A DNA stretch of 64,000 nucleotides, taken from Hydrolagus affinis (taxonomy: Eukaryota). Position numbers and translations under genes: made by a program. Location: positions 1 through 64,000 of the forward strand of contig JAAILG010000991.1 of NCBI GenBank assembly GCA_012026655.1. Reading direction: 5' to 3'. Shown here piece after piece: positions 62,076-64,000 of this stretch. The notes under the pieces were generated by a model, which saw only the letters and a list, made by a program, of their open reading frames with translations, was not told the DNA's origin and made no database searches. The first letter of the stretch is position 1. Each line of letters starts with the position of its first letter.

Positions 62076-64000
62076 TGTGGGCAAAACATGGCAGCCAATT
62101 GCACACATAGTGCCCCACAAATAATTGTGGATTGAGTGCCCAAATTATTATTATTATTTTGAGGGGAGAGGGTCAGAAACCCTTCTCATTTGTTTCCAGA
62201 AATTGAGCAAAGGCCCTTGCTGCACAAGCTTATCTCTGTCTCATAGTGGCAAGCTGCAGAGTTTTATCTGATTAAATTCCAACACTGAGGCAAATGATAA
62301 AGAAGAAAGCAAATGAATATGAATTGTTAAACTTCCCCACATCCCTCAGATAGTGGAATATGTTTCAAAATATAGAGCAGAATATTCTTACTCCATTTAC
62401 GAACTATTCTGTGAACCGCAATAATTCAATGGCTCAATGAGGCACTATATCAAATATAAGAAATAATTTATTATCCTATCATGCATTATCTAAATGTTTC
62501 AGAAAGGGTAATGAATAGGATGGAAACTTAAAAGAAATCCAATTCTTTGGAATAAACTGAAAAAATACCTTGATCACAGTGAGTTAGCTGTGCAAGCCGG
62601 AGAGGTAAGTACAGTACTTAGTTCAAAAACATTCAGAAGGGAAATGAATGACAACTTAGTTCAGCAAAGATTTGAGAGAAGAAAAAACATGGCTTTGAAT
62701 CAGGTCCTGAATAATGCATCAAGTGGGATGGGGCTGAATGATATTTTGTTGTTCTTACAATTGTGTTGTGCTTCAACACAGTAATAATTTCTCACCAGCT
62801 TTATATGTTCTGATTTGAACAATAATAATTCATCCGCAGAGAGACACTCAGTCTCTGAGCTCAAGGTCGGTCAGGTTTCCAGAAACTCTGCAATCATCAA
62901 CAGTGCAAGAGCAAGCTTCCTTGCTTTGATTCAGAAAGAATTCCCTGAAAGTTCCTTAAATATATTCACATCTGAGTCAGAAGAGCAGATCGAAATCCAT
63001 TACATTTGCAGTAACGTTTTACCATAGACCTACAGGAAATAGGTTCAAAAGGTTCCAGAGAACAAGAGTTGCCCACAAATGGTTATGTGAAGACTGAACA
63101 TAATGAAATGACAATATTTAAAAAAAATTTTGCAAGATTTCCATGCTATATGCTAAATATAATTTACGATTTTTTTGGTTAGCTGGGTGTCTAACACATG
63201 TGGAAAATCTGTCGCAATGTTTAAGAGTATCCAAATGAGATTCAGTGTTCCACAGATGTATGCCAGTTGTCTGGAATGAACATGGTAAGCACGATGCTGG
63301 AACTCAACCAACTAAAACCATTTAGCTTGTCAATGAGATCTCCCTCTGGCAAGCTTTCCCACTTCTTGTCCAGCTTGGACCATCCTGCCCATTCATGCTT
63401 TGGCTTGATGGGTCAACAAGAACCAAATGGGAAAATCTCTGCTGCCATTCCAGCCAATGAACTGGATTGGCTAGTTTTATCATCGTCATCGAGACGTCTC
63501 AAAGTGCTTCTCAGAATATACTGTAAAGTGAATTGACTATACTTTGTGGGAAAAATGCGGCAACCAATTGTGCACAGCAGTTTCCCACAAACCGTTGTGG
63601 ATTGAGTAACCAAATTATTATAATATGAGAGTGTTTTGTTACCAGCGGCTATGTTTGGTATTAAATCTCAGGGAGATAGTTATTTCTTTGAAGATTATTA
63701 TATATTGCATTCACTTTCATCTTGCAGTTCCAGAATGGTAAGATGCAAGTTCATTAACCATTTTGGTTGTGCAACTGGGAATAAAATATCAAATAAAGAT
63801 TCAGTGCATTCCTATCCTCTCTAATCATGTAAAAACAACTCAAATTACTTCACAAGTAGTCACCTCAAATTATTTTCAAATAGCTCAAAGTATAAAGAAC
63901 ATCACTGACAGTACCTCTCAACTGAGGAATTGTGACAGGATATGGAGGCTTTTAAAAATAAAATCTTTTATAAAATAAAACCCAATCAAGTGAAACATTA

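Overview
AT-rich vertebrate genomic DNA, probably a cartilaginous fish (inferred from the SINE/L2/CR1 repeat types). The window holds the 5' part of one minus-strand beta-spectrin gene whose diagnostic residues point to erythroid beta-I spectrin (SPTB). I traced 27 coding exons with canonical GT-AG junctions and consistent phases, from 39815 down to 184. They total 5940 nt (1980 codons) and cover the actin-binding CH1/CH2 domains and spectrin repeats 1 to most of 16; the gene runs off the left edge. A likely non-coding first exon and promoter sit near 61.3-61.5 kb. Introns contain tRNA-derived Deu-type SINEs, L2/CR1/L1 remnants and MITEs. The best observation is an intact alternative N-terminal coding exon in intron 2 (30319-30409). 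It resembles the short alternative N-terminus known from beta-II spectrin (SPTBN1) and has its own promoter-like motifs. I see no novel multi-gene system. Comparisons with human proteins and repeat consensuses are from memory, not searches. Exon numbers follow human SPTB (first coding exon = exon 2).
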